Under the pieces are notes generated by a model. It was not told the DNA's origin and did no database searches. It saw only the letters and a list, made by a program, of their open reading frames with translations. The position numbers and the translations under genes are program-made. Of a DNA stretch of 64,000 nt, positions 10,771 through 19,961 are shown in pieces; position 1 is the stretch's first letter; the number at the start of each line of letters is the position of its first letter. Source of the DNA: Euryarchaeota archaeon UBA487 (GTDB lineage Archaea > Thermoplasmatota > Poseidoniia > Poseidoniales > Thalassarchaeaceae); contig DAVU01000013.1 in assembly GCA_002505695.1 (NCBI GenBank), positions 95,852 to 159,851 on the forward strand, in the 5' to 3' direction.

Positions 10771-12855
10771 TCATTCACTGATCTGGTTTCCCCATCTCCA
10801 TATCGCCATGGAGGATGCTGAAATTATGAACGCGGCTACCAACAGAGGAGGGAGCCATGTAGGTGCTCTTTGTTTGACTATGACTTTACCACTGAGGTCA
10901 ACACTCTCCTCAACACCGGCTTGAGCGTCATTCCATATCAGAGCTAGCTGCAGTTCGCCGGCGCTAGTGGGCGTCACTTCCAAGTAGACAATCGTCTGGC
11001 CAGGTCCAGTCAGGGAAGCAGGCGGTATGAATGCCTCTGGGGAACAAATGTCTCCACTGCAGAGTTTAGCAAATCCGGTACCAGAACCATAGTTCGTCAT
11101 TGAAGATGAAATGATCAGGGCATTGTCCACAATTGTTCGTCCGGAAACCTCGATCCCGGGTTCTTGAAGGAGAATAATGCCCTCGCCGGGGTATACTTGC
11201 AACGGAAGTTCCATGATAGATATGTGGCCCTTTGGATCCATCGCCTGAATCGAAATCATATGCTCTCCCGTGGTCAATTCCCCAATTTCCAAAATTCCAT
11301 TGAACGTGTTGTAAGTTAGATTGTCTATCACAGGGAGTCCGTCTACATCCACTGTCCATTTCGTCTCATCAAGGGCGTCCAACCTGTCATACGATTGATT
11401 CAATACGAGTACTACCTCCTCGCCTGTCATTATACTGGACCCCACGTCTAGCTCGTTCCCATCATGGGTAATTGAGGGCACTATGATTGGTCCTTTATCA
11501 TCGATTATAGTGATCGTGTAATTTGATTCGTTCCTGTTCCCCGCAGAGTCCTGGGCAATTATTGATAGGAAATATTCGGTTGGTTTCCTTTCTATCAGCC
11601 TGTCGTTCGGTTCCCTGTGAGGCCCATTTGCAGAATCCCCATGGTAAAACGCTTCAGTCATTTCCATTGTATCGAATCCTGTTTTCAACAAGCCTCCGCT
11701 TCGATTAGAGGAAATGGTAATTGTGACAGGATCGTTATTTCCATCGATTGCTGATACCATTGCTCTGACTACGCTTCCAGAGGGAGAAGAGAAGTCAAAG
11801 GCTTCTAATCCCACCTCGTTCCATATCCCCGTTCCAGCAGAAAGTTGGAAAGAGATCGACAAGGAAGGTGGTTCGTCATCTATCATCAGAGATTGAGACC
11901 ATGAACTGCTTGAATTGTGCCTGTCCGTACATGTCATGGAAACGTGTATTGAGTCCCCGTGATACAAATCGTATTCACTCAGGGCTAGAGATATCTCATT
12001 TCCATTCAGGTCGTCCATTTCAAAACTTCCAGAAACCGACCATGACGGGATGGGCTCGATCAGGCCATTGTCTGTACACATTCCTGTGAATCTCAACTGA
12101 GACGTCGAGGTCGCCGTTGCAGAGCCTCCGCCGTCCCTTAGTGCGGATGCTATCGGAGGTTCGTTAACTCCCAGCGAAATTCGGATATCAGAAGAAGCTG
12201 CGACGAGTGATCTGTCGATGGTGAAGCCATCGTCATTGGTAGTAATTACAGCAGACTGGGCACTGAATCTATATTCCCATGTGCCAGGTAACACAACCCT
12301 CAAAGGCACCTCCTCGACGATGGATCCCGTCCTCGGGATGTCCAATAATCGTATTTGTCTCTCATCACCGAAGCCAGTCAGGTTGGCCAGCTCAGACCAC
12401 CCCCAAGGGAGGGCGTCCTCGATAGGGCCAATCCCGATTCCGATTGGTGTGAATTCAATCTGATTCGTTGCGAAAAATGGGGTCTGATCAAATGAGCAAC
12501 ATCCTCCTTCGTCTCCGTTTGTCCAACTTCTATTTTCCTCAAGACTTAGCGAGAATTTATCCGACTCCAAGGCGGAGATAACCCCATCACCGTTGCCAAT
12601 GTGAGTATCCACTTGATACCTCAGTCCTCTATCCATGTCAGGGAGGAAGTCCACGCCAATCATGTTCGGGACCTGGATATTCAATTCCCATGTGGCCGAG
12701 ATGGTCTGGGATTGACCTATGTTGTGGAGGCTCAAAGTAGCATCACCGTTGATATGTTCAGTTTGGGATACCTCAGAAGCGAGGGAGTTGGCTGATGATA
12801 GGCACAACAGCAATGAAAATGTCAGGACGAGAGAGCCGACCTTGATCGCGTCCAT
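10771..12855 (-). CDS. Secreted, membrane-anchored surface protein with Ig/PKD-like beta domains
   Basis: Signal peptide, acidic beta-rich body (NEPP, QDSAGNR, DPKGH motifs), C-terminal TM helix. Confidence 0.75.
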   Translation of the reverse strand: MDAIKVGSLVLTFSLLLCLSSANSLASEVSQTEHINGDATLSLHNIGQSQTISATWELNIQVPNMIGVDFLPDMDRGLRYQVDTHIGNGDGVISALESDKFSLSLEENRSWTNGDEGGCCSFDQTPFFATNQIEFTPIGIGIGPIEDALPWGWSELANLTGFGDERQIRLLDIPRTGSIVEEVPLRVVLPGTWEYRFSAQSAVITTNDDGFTIDRSLVAASSDIRISLGVNEPPIASALRDGGGSATATSTSQLRFTGMCTDNGLIEPIPSWSVSGSFEMDDLNGNEISLALSEYDLYHGDSIHVSMTCTDRHNSSSSWSQSLMIDDEPPSLSISFQLSAGTGIWNEVGLEAFDFSSPSGSVVRAMVSAIDGNNDPVTITISSNRSGGLLKTGFDTMEMTEAFYHGDSANGPHREPNDRLIERKPTEYFLSIIAQDSAGNRNESNYTITIIDDKGPIIVPSITHDGNELDVGSSIMTGEEVVLVLNQSYDRLDALDETKWTVDVDGLPVIDNLTYNTFNGILEIGELTTGEHMISIQAMDPKGHISIMELPLQVYPGEGIILLQEPGIEVSGRTIVDNALIISSSMTNYGSGTGFAKLCSGDICSPEAFIPPASLTGPGQTIVYLEVTPTSAGELQLALIWNDAQAGVEESVDLSGKVIVKQRAPTWLPPLLVAAFIISASSMAIWRWGNQISE

Positions 12856-12880
12856 GTGGCACTCTTGAAGTGACTAGGCT

Positions 12881-13138
12881 TCAACCCAGCGGGTTCTCGT
12901 CTGCGACCTTGATGGGTCTGAGAACCGAGTATAAGGCAAATACTGCCCATATGGCACCAAGTATTGCAAATGGCCATTCCCCAGTCACGCCAGCCCTAAT
13001 AGTGAGCATCGTTTCACCTATTCCCATTGAGTAGAGGTACAACAATGACCTGCTGGATAGTAGTCCCCGTGTCTCGAAAACAAACGCTGCAAGCACCAAA
13101 ATCATACCCAGATAAGCACCAATCATTGTGATTTCCAT
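12881..13138 (-). CDS. Small 3-TM membrane protein (CBU_0592/SemiSWEET-like)
   Basis: IGAYLGMILVLAAF...SLLY...WPFAILGAIW pattern. Start moved to MEITM. Confidence 0.6.
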   Translation of the reverse strand: MEITMIGAYLGMILVLAAFVFETRGLLSSRSLLYLYSMGIGETMLTIRAGVTGEWPFAILGAIWAVFALYSVLRPIKVADENPLG

Positions 13139-13229
13139 GCCTTCCTCATGTTGGTGGGGCCCATCAATAATGCCCGGAACCTTTGCAGAATGGGTAAAAG
13201 AGTAGATGCAATAACATCCTCCGACAAGC

Positions 13230-15122
13230 ATGACAGTTTGGGTTGTAGATTCGAATGCGTTTATTCACCTAGGTGCCATCGCCTCAGAAGATGCGATCAC
13301 ATCGTTCAAGACTTCTCTCTCGAAACACGGAGGGATGATTCACGTCACATCCGGAGTCCATGATGAGGTGAAGACCGTTAGATTCAGGTCTTGGAGGGAA
13401 AGGCCCAGAGTCCTAGACAAACTGAGTGATATTCTTCAAACTACGGCAATATCTGAAGGGGAAATTCGTGGTCTCGCCAATGCAATTGGAGAAAGGGCGG
13501 CACCCCAAGACGTGGATGTTTCCTTAATGGTCCTTGCAGCGAAAAAGCATAACTCCGGGATGGATGTGGTCTTGGTCTCGGACGATTACAAGATGACTAC
13601 TACTAGGGAAAAGGCTGGCTTAGGCTACAGGACCTGTCCTCCATCGACCTTCATTCAGGACTTATCCAATGATGTGACAGGAAAGCATGCCAGTAAATTG
13701 AGGAGTCTGGCGAGGAGAATAAGAGCTGCAGAGATGCGATATGCAATCAGCAGGGCGGGAGAATACGATATCCAAGGGAAATTGACCTGGCTTGTCGAAA
13801 GTCTACTTTCAGCAAGACCTCCGATACCTCAACAAAATGAGGGGGAGATGCACAATGAGATAGAAGCCTCAATCAGAGCTCTGACAAGACACGTTGCAGG
13901 AGAGAGTGTGAAAAAGTCAAATCTCAGGAAGTTAGGGGCACTTCCTGAGGTCTGCGGGCCGATTGGAGAAATTGACGATCACTTGGAATCCTTGTCAGGG
14001 GCTGAAGGTGATCCGGCGCATCTGTATCTCTCAGGGCTAAAGGTACTACAAAGTGTTCTAGAAAGAGTTGGAGCAGGCCTTTCGCCCCTGAATGACGAGC
14101 TTTGCATGATCGCTCACAGAGTCATGGCTGGCCCTGTTTCTAGGTTAGAGTCGGTATTGGGGTTATTGGCAGGATCACTGGGTAGAGAGCATGCCTCCAG
14201 CCTTCACATGGCAAGGGCCCTCAGTCAATCGACCCTGTCCGATGATTCAAAGGCTGAGGTGATGATTATGCACCATTTGGGCTTGATGGCAATCGCGTCA
14301 GAGGATCCATTACGCGCATCATTTCTCTTTGAGAATGCGGCCGAACAGTCATCCTTCTCAAACAACACACGGCTAGCTAATCTCGTTGCCGCAGGAATCT
14401 CTCGACATCTGGCGGGTGAGGATGAGGTCGCAAAATCGTTAATCAGTAATGCATCTATTATCGTAAATGAAGACAAGGAATCTGCTATTGATCCCCTATT
14501 GGAGTTAGCAAGGTCCCTAATGGGCATAGACAGGCCTTGGCTTGCTTTGGAGGTCTTTGATGAAGCACTGGAGTGCGCTGTGGAATCCGAGTCAAACACT
14601 GAGGTCGAGAGGATAACCAATCTACTGACATTGGTCAATGTAGCAGCCGTGGGAGAGGAAGATGAAAAAAGAAAACAGACAAGGGAACTTTTAGATGGAT
14701 TAAACAAGATTCATTCCGAGTCTAAAAAGGAAATGCGTGTCGTGAACAAAGAGATAGATCAGTTAGTTGAATCACAACTATCACCAATCAACGAAACATG
14801 GAGGGACTGGAGAGAGTCATCTGAGTTGATCGCCGATCATGAGTCACTGGTCGTAGTAAGGGTCGTGAAGACTGATGAAGGTGTTCTGGCGGTCACTCAC
14901 CATCCTGAACTTGGTGGGCTTGGGTTATGGTTACCAGGTGAGTCTCCTGAGTTAGCCCCTGGGTTGGCGCTGTCTATCACTGGGACTAGAATCAAACTCG
15001 CAGAGGCCAGCAAAGACCTTGTAGATTCCCAAAACGTCCGGGGGGTAATCGCAGTTGAGAGCCCAGAGGCACTCGTGGTATCGATAATCCCTCTTAGCGA
15101 TGGAGCCTATCCATCAGGTTGA
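13230..15122 (+). CDS. PIN-domain protein (Nob1-like N-terminus) with TPR-like helical region
   Basis: VVDSNAFI, VHDEV, DVDVSLMVLA, VSDDY acidic PIN residues, followed by helical repeats. Confidence 0.7.
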   Translation: MTVWVVDSNAFIHLGAIASEDAITSFKTSLSKHGGMIHVTSGVHDEVKTVRFRSWRERPRVLDKLSDILQTTAISEGEIRGLANAIGERAAPQDVDVSLMVLAAKKHNSGMDVVLVSDDYKMTTTREKAGLGYRTCPPSTFIQDLSNDVTGKHASKLRSLARRIRAAEMRYAISRAGEYDIQGKLTWLVESLLSARPPIPQQNEGEMHNEIEASIRALTRHVAGESVKKSNLRKLGALPEVCGPIGEIDDHLESLSGAEGDPAHLYLSGLKVLQSVLERVGAGLSPLNDELCMIAHRVMAGPVSRLESVLGLLAGSLGREHASSLHMARALSQSTLSDDSKAEVMIMHHLGLMAIASEDPLRASFLFENAAEQSSFSNNTRLANLVAAGISRHLAGEDEVAKSLISNASIIVNEDKESAIDPLLELARSLMGIDRPWLALEVFDEALECAVESESNTEVERITNLLTLVNVAAVGEEDEKRKQTRELLDGLNKIHSESKKEMRVVNKEIDQLVESQLSPINETWRDWRESSELIADHESLVVVRVVKTDEGVLAVTHHPELGGLGLWLPGESPELAPGLALSITGTRIKLAEASKDLVDSQNVRGVIAVESPEALVVSIIPLSDGAYPSG

Positions 15123-15149
15123 GGGAAAATCGATACCACGGTTGTTGTA

Positions 15150-16280
15150 TCAATAGTTCCTTCTGGATGCTATCATTGCTGCCCCAATCATTGCCACAAA
15201 GACTGTCGCGCCCAAGAACCCTGGTACGCTCTCCGCCTCTGGCTCTGCTGAGGGTTCTGGTGGTGCGACGCCAGTGCCCACAGTCACTACTCCGACCATG
15301 TCCATGGAAACGTGGGGCTCGCAGATGTAGTGGAAAGTACCGTCCTGATCGAATGTGATCCTGAAGTCTTCCGTCACCTCTGGTTGGCCGCTGTATTGAC
15401 CACCTGTCTTTCGAGTTGTGTCCCCCATTGAGTCTATCTCGGCAACATTGTGGCCCATCGACTCCTCGTTCCATATCCAACAAACGGTTTCCCCAACCTC
15501 GATAGAAAGATCGGGGTTGTCATAGGCAAATCCTGTATCATCTATGCCAATTACATAGTCACATCCCTCTGGAACGATTGGCTCATCCGCTGGGGGCATC
15601 AGGACCTTGTCGATGACGTGTATGACTCCGTTCGAGGCTGGGACGTCTGCGAGTGTGACATTGGCATCGTTGACCTTGACTCCCTCTCCGACAGAGAAGG
15701 TCAGGTCGTCGCCGTTGTAGGCGGCCACTGTCATGCCATCCGTCAAGGCGGAGGAGTTCACGGATCCGACAACGACGTGGTAGGTGAGTATGTCGGTGAG
15801 TGTCGCCTTGCCGTCCTCGGTGTCGAGGGAGGCCAAGTCTATCCCGGCCTCAGCGAAGGCAGCGTCGGTGGGCGCGAAGACGGTGAACGGGCCTGCCCCC
15901 TGCAGGGTGGCGACCAGCTCTGCTTGGGCCAGGGCGGCGACCAGTGAGTTGTGTATGGTGGTCGCCTGTGCGGTCATGGCGATGTCCACTGCGGGGACCC
16001 ATGCGTACGCCTCGCACACCGTCTGGTTAACGGTGGGGTCAGCGACATGGCTGACCATGTTGTAGCATCCCGTGAAGGTCATCCCGTTGAAGTCGGCGTC
16101 GACGTAGTAGGCGTAGGCCATGCACTCGGCGAAGGATGCGCCAGCTGAGATGGTGTGTGTGGCCATGTTGTAGCAGATCTCTCCGTCTTCTTCAGAAGCG
16201 TCTTGGTTTTCTTGTCCGTACGCTGTCGGTGATAGTAGTAGGAATCCAGTGATAATCATCGCTATTGCTCTGTTTGTCAT
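15150..16280 (-). CDS. Surface protein: Cys-repeat + fasciclin (FAS1) + cupredoxin (halocyanin-like) + PGF-CTERM-like anchor
   Basis: GPFTVFAPTDAAF, ILTYHVV, SNGVIHVIDKVL (FAS1); HNV...CEPHVSMDM type-1 Cu ligands; VPGF-TM-RR tail. Start moved to MTNRAIAM. Confidence 0.9.
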   Translation of the reverse strand: MTNRAIAMIITGFLLLSPTAYGQENQDASEEDGEICYNMATHTISAGASFAECMAYAYYVDADFNGMTFTGCYNMVSHVADPTVNQTVCEAYAWVPAVDIAMTAQATTIHNSLVAALAQAELVATLQGAGPFTVFAPTDAAFAEAGIDLASLDTEDGKATLTDILTYHVVVGSVNSSALTDGMTVAAYNGDDLTFSVGEGVKVNDANVTLADVPASNGVIHVIDKVLMPPADEPIVPEGCDYVIGIDDTGFAYDNPDLSIEVGETVCWIWNEESMGHNVAEIDSMGDTTRKTGGQYSGQPEVTEDFRITFDQDGTFHYICEPHVSMDMVGVVTVGTGVAPPEPSAEPEAESVPGFLGATVFVAMIGAAMIASRRNY

Positions 16281-16387
16281 GGCCGACCTCCACACAGGGA
16301 CTTTATTGAAGGGCTGTATTTTCCAAGGACATTGTTGCTGGCCAGAACGCTTGGTTAAAAGAACGCATGAATTGTGATGGGTCAGGG

Positions 16388-17122
16388 ATGGTGCAAGTGG
16401 ATCAGTTTGGGGCTTTCCTTGCATCTAGAAGATCGACGCGCGATTATCTCCCTGATCCCGTCCCGGATGAGATTATCAATGACATTATCAGAGATGGTTT
16501 GACTGCACCAAGTTGGAGCAACACGAGGCCGTTCATGGTGGCGGTTGCAACCGGCGAAGTTAGAGATCGGCTATCAGAGGAATTCTTGAGAAGATGGGAT
16601 GCGGTCAAAAATTTCCGGGGATCGAGCATCAGGGGAAAAATTGGCTCAGTTCTTCGGAGGTACGGTTTCCCCACGAGCAATTGGCTGGTCGTGAGAAAAT
16701 ACCACAAGGACTTGCTTCCTAGGTCCCAGAGAATTGGGAAGGATCTGTATTCTCACCTTGGTATCGACAGGGATGATAGGGAATCAAGAAACAAATTCTG
16801 GTCCCGCAACTACGAGTTTTTCGGGGCCCCCGTTGAGTTGTTTGTATTCACTCACAAAAGTCTGGGAAAATTCGCAGCCTCTGATGCAGGTTTATTCATG
16901 CAGAATCTAATTCTATCGGCGCATTCGAAGGGGCTGGGCACCTGTGCCCAAGGTGCTGTGGCTGTTTGGGAGGATGCAGTGAGAAAGGAGTTTGATATAA
17001 GCAAGAACTACTCGCTTCTGTGTGGGGTATGCGTTGGATACCCCAGCGAGAGTTCAATCAATGGTTTCGCAGCGAACAGGATAGCACCATCGGAGATAAT
17101 CCCTCCTTTACGCCGAAACTAA
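16388..17122 (+). CDS. Nitroreductase family protein
   Basis: RRSTRDY, APSWSNTRP, DAGLFMQNLILSA, GLGTC, VGYP. Confidence 0.9.
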   Translation: MVQVDQFGAFLASRRSTRDYLPDPVPDEIINDIIRDGLTAPSWSNTRPFMVAVATGEVRDRLSEEFLRRWDAVKNFRGSSIRGKIGSVLRRYGFPTSNWLVVRKYHKDLLPRSQRIGKDLYSHLGIDRDDRESRNKFWSRNYEFFGAPVELFVFTHKSLGKFAASDAGLFMQNLILSAHSKGLGTCAQGAVAVWEDAVRKEFDISKNYSLLCGVCVGYPSESSINGFAANRIAPSEIIPPLRRN

Positions 17123-17155
17123 TGATTCAAGTACTGCATTATTTTCATTATCACC

Positions 17156-17545
17156 ATGAAAAGAAAGTACTTTGTGAAATTCGTCTCAGAGCCAATGAAC
17201 GACGTGATGAAGACAATTGTCGGGATCGCGTGTACCGCTAGAGCGATCGATGATGGTCACGATGTGGCTGTTTTCTTCGCTGCGGCGGGCACTAGGCTGC
17301 TAGACCCATCCTACATCAGCCAACTTAATGAGGAGATGGGGAAAGGGTCCAACGTCGTTTCTCAAATGATGGCATCCATCATTAAGAATGCCATATTGTA
17401 TTGTTCCTTTGCATCGGTCAAAGCCACCCTCGGAGTCAATGAGGGAGACGGCGGTCTGATTGTGGAAGATGATGGCATAAAATGGAGCGGCCCTCCTGGC
17501 GTCATCGAATTAAGTTCGGAATCAGATGTCCAGCTTGTTTACTAG
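17156..17545 (+). CDS. DsrE-like protein
   Basis: GHDVAVFFAAAG, LYC..S, ends VQLVY; DsrE/F fold pattern. Confidence 0.7.
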   Translation: MKRKYFVKFVSEPMNDVMKTIVGIACTARAIDDGHDVAVFFAAAGTRLLDPSYISQLNEEMGKGSNVVSQMMASIIKNAILYCSFASVKATLGVNEGDGGLIVEDDGIKWSGPPGVIELSSESDVQLVY

Positions 17546-17621
17546 TGGTCCCTGAATCCTACATGCAACCACCAAGAAGTATTGCTTTGCGTTGAAATAG
17601 GGGTAGGGGGTCACACAAAGC

Positions 17622-18077
17622 ATGGCAAACATGCAGACGACTTTCATCATGATCAAACCAGACGGTGTCCAAAGAGGCCTTGTAGCCGACATAATTGGAA
17701 GGTTCGAAACCAAGGGACTGAGACTAGCGGGTCTGAGGCAAGTCATACCGAGTTTGGAGTTGGCTGAAAGCCATTATGCTGTACACAAAGAGCGTCCCTT
17801 CTACGGAGGCCTAATCGATTTCATCACATCTGGCCCGGTTGTAGCGATGGCCTGGACTGGTGTGGATGCCATAAACGTCGCAAGAAACATCATCGGACCT
17901 ACCGATGGTCGTGTGGCGGCACCGGGCACGATTCGTGGGGATTTCGCGATGGACATAGGACACAACGTCATCCACGGCTCTGATGGGGAGGAAACCGCCC
18001 AGTTCGAATTGGGCCTTTGGTTCCCCGATGGCCTTGTCGATTGGATTCGTGATGAAGAGACCCACATCTACGAGTGA
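17622..18077 (+). CDS. ndk: Nucleoside diphosphate kinase
   Basis: [29 protein letters not shown]. Confidence 0.98.
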   Translation: MANMQTTFIMIKPDGVQRGLVADIIGRFETKGLRLAGLRQVIPSLELAESHYAVHKERPFYGGLIDFITSGPVVAMAWTGVDAINVARNIIGPTDGRVAAPGTIRGDFAMDIGHNVIHGSDGEETAQFELGLWFPDGLVDWIRDEETHIYE

Positions 18078-18118
18078 TGCGAATAGTAAACGAGGAAATA
18101 TCATGGGGCGTCGATGCA

Positions 18119-19894
18119 ATGGAACAAAGACAACCCATAGTTGCAGTGCTTGGTCATGTTGACCATGGTAAAACCAGTCTACTAGATCACATCAGGTCGC
18201 TTGGGACTCAGCGTCAGGCATCGGTGATGGACAGAGAAGCTGGTGGCATCACCCAACACATCGGGGCTACAGAAGTCCCTTCTGTTTTACTAAATGATCT
18301 CTGTGGACCTCTCTTGGGGGGGAAATCCTTCGATTCTCCCGGGTTGTTGTTTATTGACACTCCGGGCCATCACTCCTTCTCAACTCTGAGGAGTCGTGGG
18401 GGTTCTCTTGCCGACATTGCTATACTAGTCGTGGACCTACGTGAAGGTTTGAGGCCCCAGACAATTGAGAGCATAAGAATTCTGAAGAATAGCAAGACTC
18501 CCTTCGTCGTCGCTGGGAATAAGGTGGACAGGATACATGGGTGGAAGTGCACTAGGGGTCGTCCAATGGCCATGTCATTGAGGAGTCAAACCAAAGAGGC
18601 AATGGGTTTCTTGGATCAAGCCCATTGGAGCCTTGTTGGCGGTTTTGGCGAGCAGGGATTCAACCTAGAAAGATATGATCGTATCCGTGACTTCACCAAG
18701 GAGATCGCTCTTGTACCAGTATCGGCAAAGGAGGGCGAAGGCATCCAAGACCTCTTGGCGGTAGTCATTGGATTAGCAGAAAGATACCTTACAGACCAAT
18801 TAGCGGACATAAGCGGGGCAGGAGAAGGAACTGTCTTGGAAATGAAAGAGGAACGGGGTCTCGGTAAAACCCTTGACGTCATTTTGCACCGTGGCTCCAT
18901 TTCCAAGGGTGATGAAATTGTTCTGGTGACCACTGATGGTGGTACAACCACCACCGTCAGAGGCCTATTCAAACCACGGGGAATGTCCGAAATGAGAGAT
19001 GCAGGGGATAGGTGGAACGACACTGAAACTGCAAGAGCGGCATCCGGTCTCAAGCTGTCAGCACCAGATTTGGATGGAGTTTTAGCTGGAACAACCCTGA
19101 GGGTAGTTAGAACCCCATCTGAACGAGAAGAAGCCTTATCCAAGGCCTCAAATGAGTCTCGACTGAGCATAGATCTTAGCGAGGAAGGAATTTGCATCAA
19201 AGCCGATACGGTGGGTGGTTTGGAGGCCCTAGCGGCTGAACTCAAAGTGGTGGGGGTCCCAATAAGATCGGCAACTATCGGTAAAGTCAACAGAAAGGAT
19301 GTAAGGGGAGCCGATGCATCAAAAGACCCATTTCACAGGCTAATACTTGGTTTCTCTACATCTGTGCTCCCCGATGCGCAAGCGGAGATAAACAAGAGTG
19401 AGAATGGCCTGAAGGTTATCTGCTCCGAGATAATTTACCATATCCTCGAAGAGCGGGAGGAGTGGATGGTAAAGAGGAAGGAAGAGTTGGATTCCGAATC
19501 GAGGGAACAAATAGTATATCCAGGGAGGCTTCTCTTCCTCCCCGATCACACCTTCAGGATCAGCAAGCCCGCCGTAATCGGTGTTCGAATTCTCGGAGGT
19601 AGGATCCACATAGGTCAAAGGCTGCTAAAGGATGGAGTTGTGGTTGGTCAGATTAAATCGATACGGAAAGGCGAGGAGACGAAGAAAGAGGCGATACAAG
19701 GGGATGAGGTCGCCATAGCCATAGATGGAGTAACAGTTGGAAGACAAATAGATGAACAGGATGTTTTACTCGTCGACGTTCCCGAGAAACACGCCAAACG
19801 ACTTGCAAAAATGAGTTTGACCGCCTCGGAAAAGGAAATTCTGGAGGAGCTGTTGCAGATCCACCGTCGCGATGACCACTTCTGGGGTCGATGA
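18119..19894 (+). CDS. infB: Translation initiation factor IF-2 (aIF5B)
   Basis: RQPIVAVLGHVDHGKT, GGITQHIGA, DTPGH, NKVD, archaeal C-terminus FWG. No intein. Confidence 0.97.
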   Translation: MEQRQPIVAVLGHVDHGKTSLLDHIRSLGTQRQASVMDREAGGITQHIGATEVPSVLLNDLCGPLLGGKSFDSPGLLFIDTPGHHSFSTLRSRGGSLADIAILVVDLREGLRPQTIESIRILKNSKTPFVVAGNKVDRIHGWKCTRGRPMAMSLRSQTKEAMGFLDQAHWSLVGGFGEQGFNLERYDRIRDFTKEIALVPVSAKEGEGIQDLLAVVIGLAERYLTDQLADISGAGEGTVLEMKEERGLGKTLDVILHRGSISKGDEIVLVTTDGGTTTTVRGLFKPRGMSEMRDAGDRWNDTETARAASGLKLSAPDLDGVLAGTTLRVVRTPSEREEALSKASNESRLSIDLSEEGICIKADTVGGLEALAAELKVVGVPIRSATIGKVNRKDVRGADASKDPFHRLILGFSTSVLPDAQAEINKSENGLKVICSEIIYHILEEREEWMVKRKEELDSESREQIVYPGRLLFLPDHTFRISKPAVIGVRILGGRIHIGQRLLKDGVVVGQIKSIRKGEETKKEAIQGDEVAIAIDGVTVGRQIDEQDVLLVDVPEKHAKRLAKMSLTASEKEILEELLQIHRRDDHFWGR

Positions 19895-19961
19895 TAAATT
19901 CCACTTCCAAGGCCCCCCAACCCTTTAATGCGCATCGACCCAGACGGGTGCAGGTTATAGC

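Noticed and set aside
18616-19290. 224-aa antisense ORF in infB (likewise 23536-24198, 53467-54042, 35337-35795 and others)
   Set aside because: Fully nested opposite well-supported genes, with no motifs; expected from codon bias.
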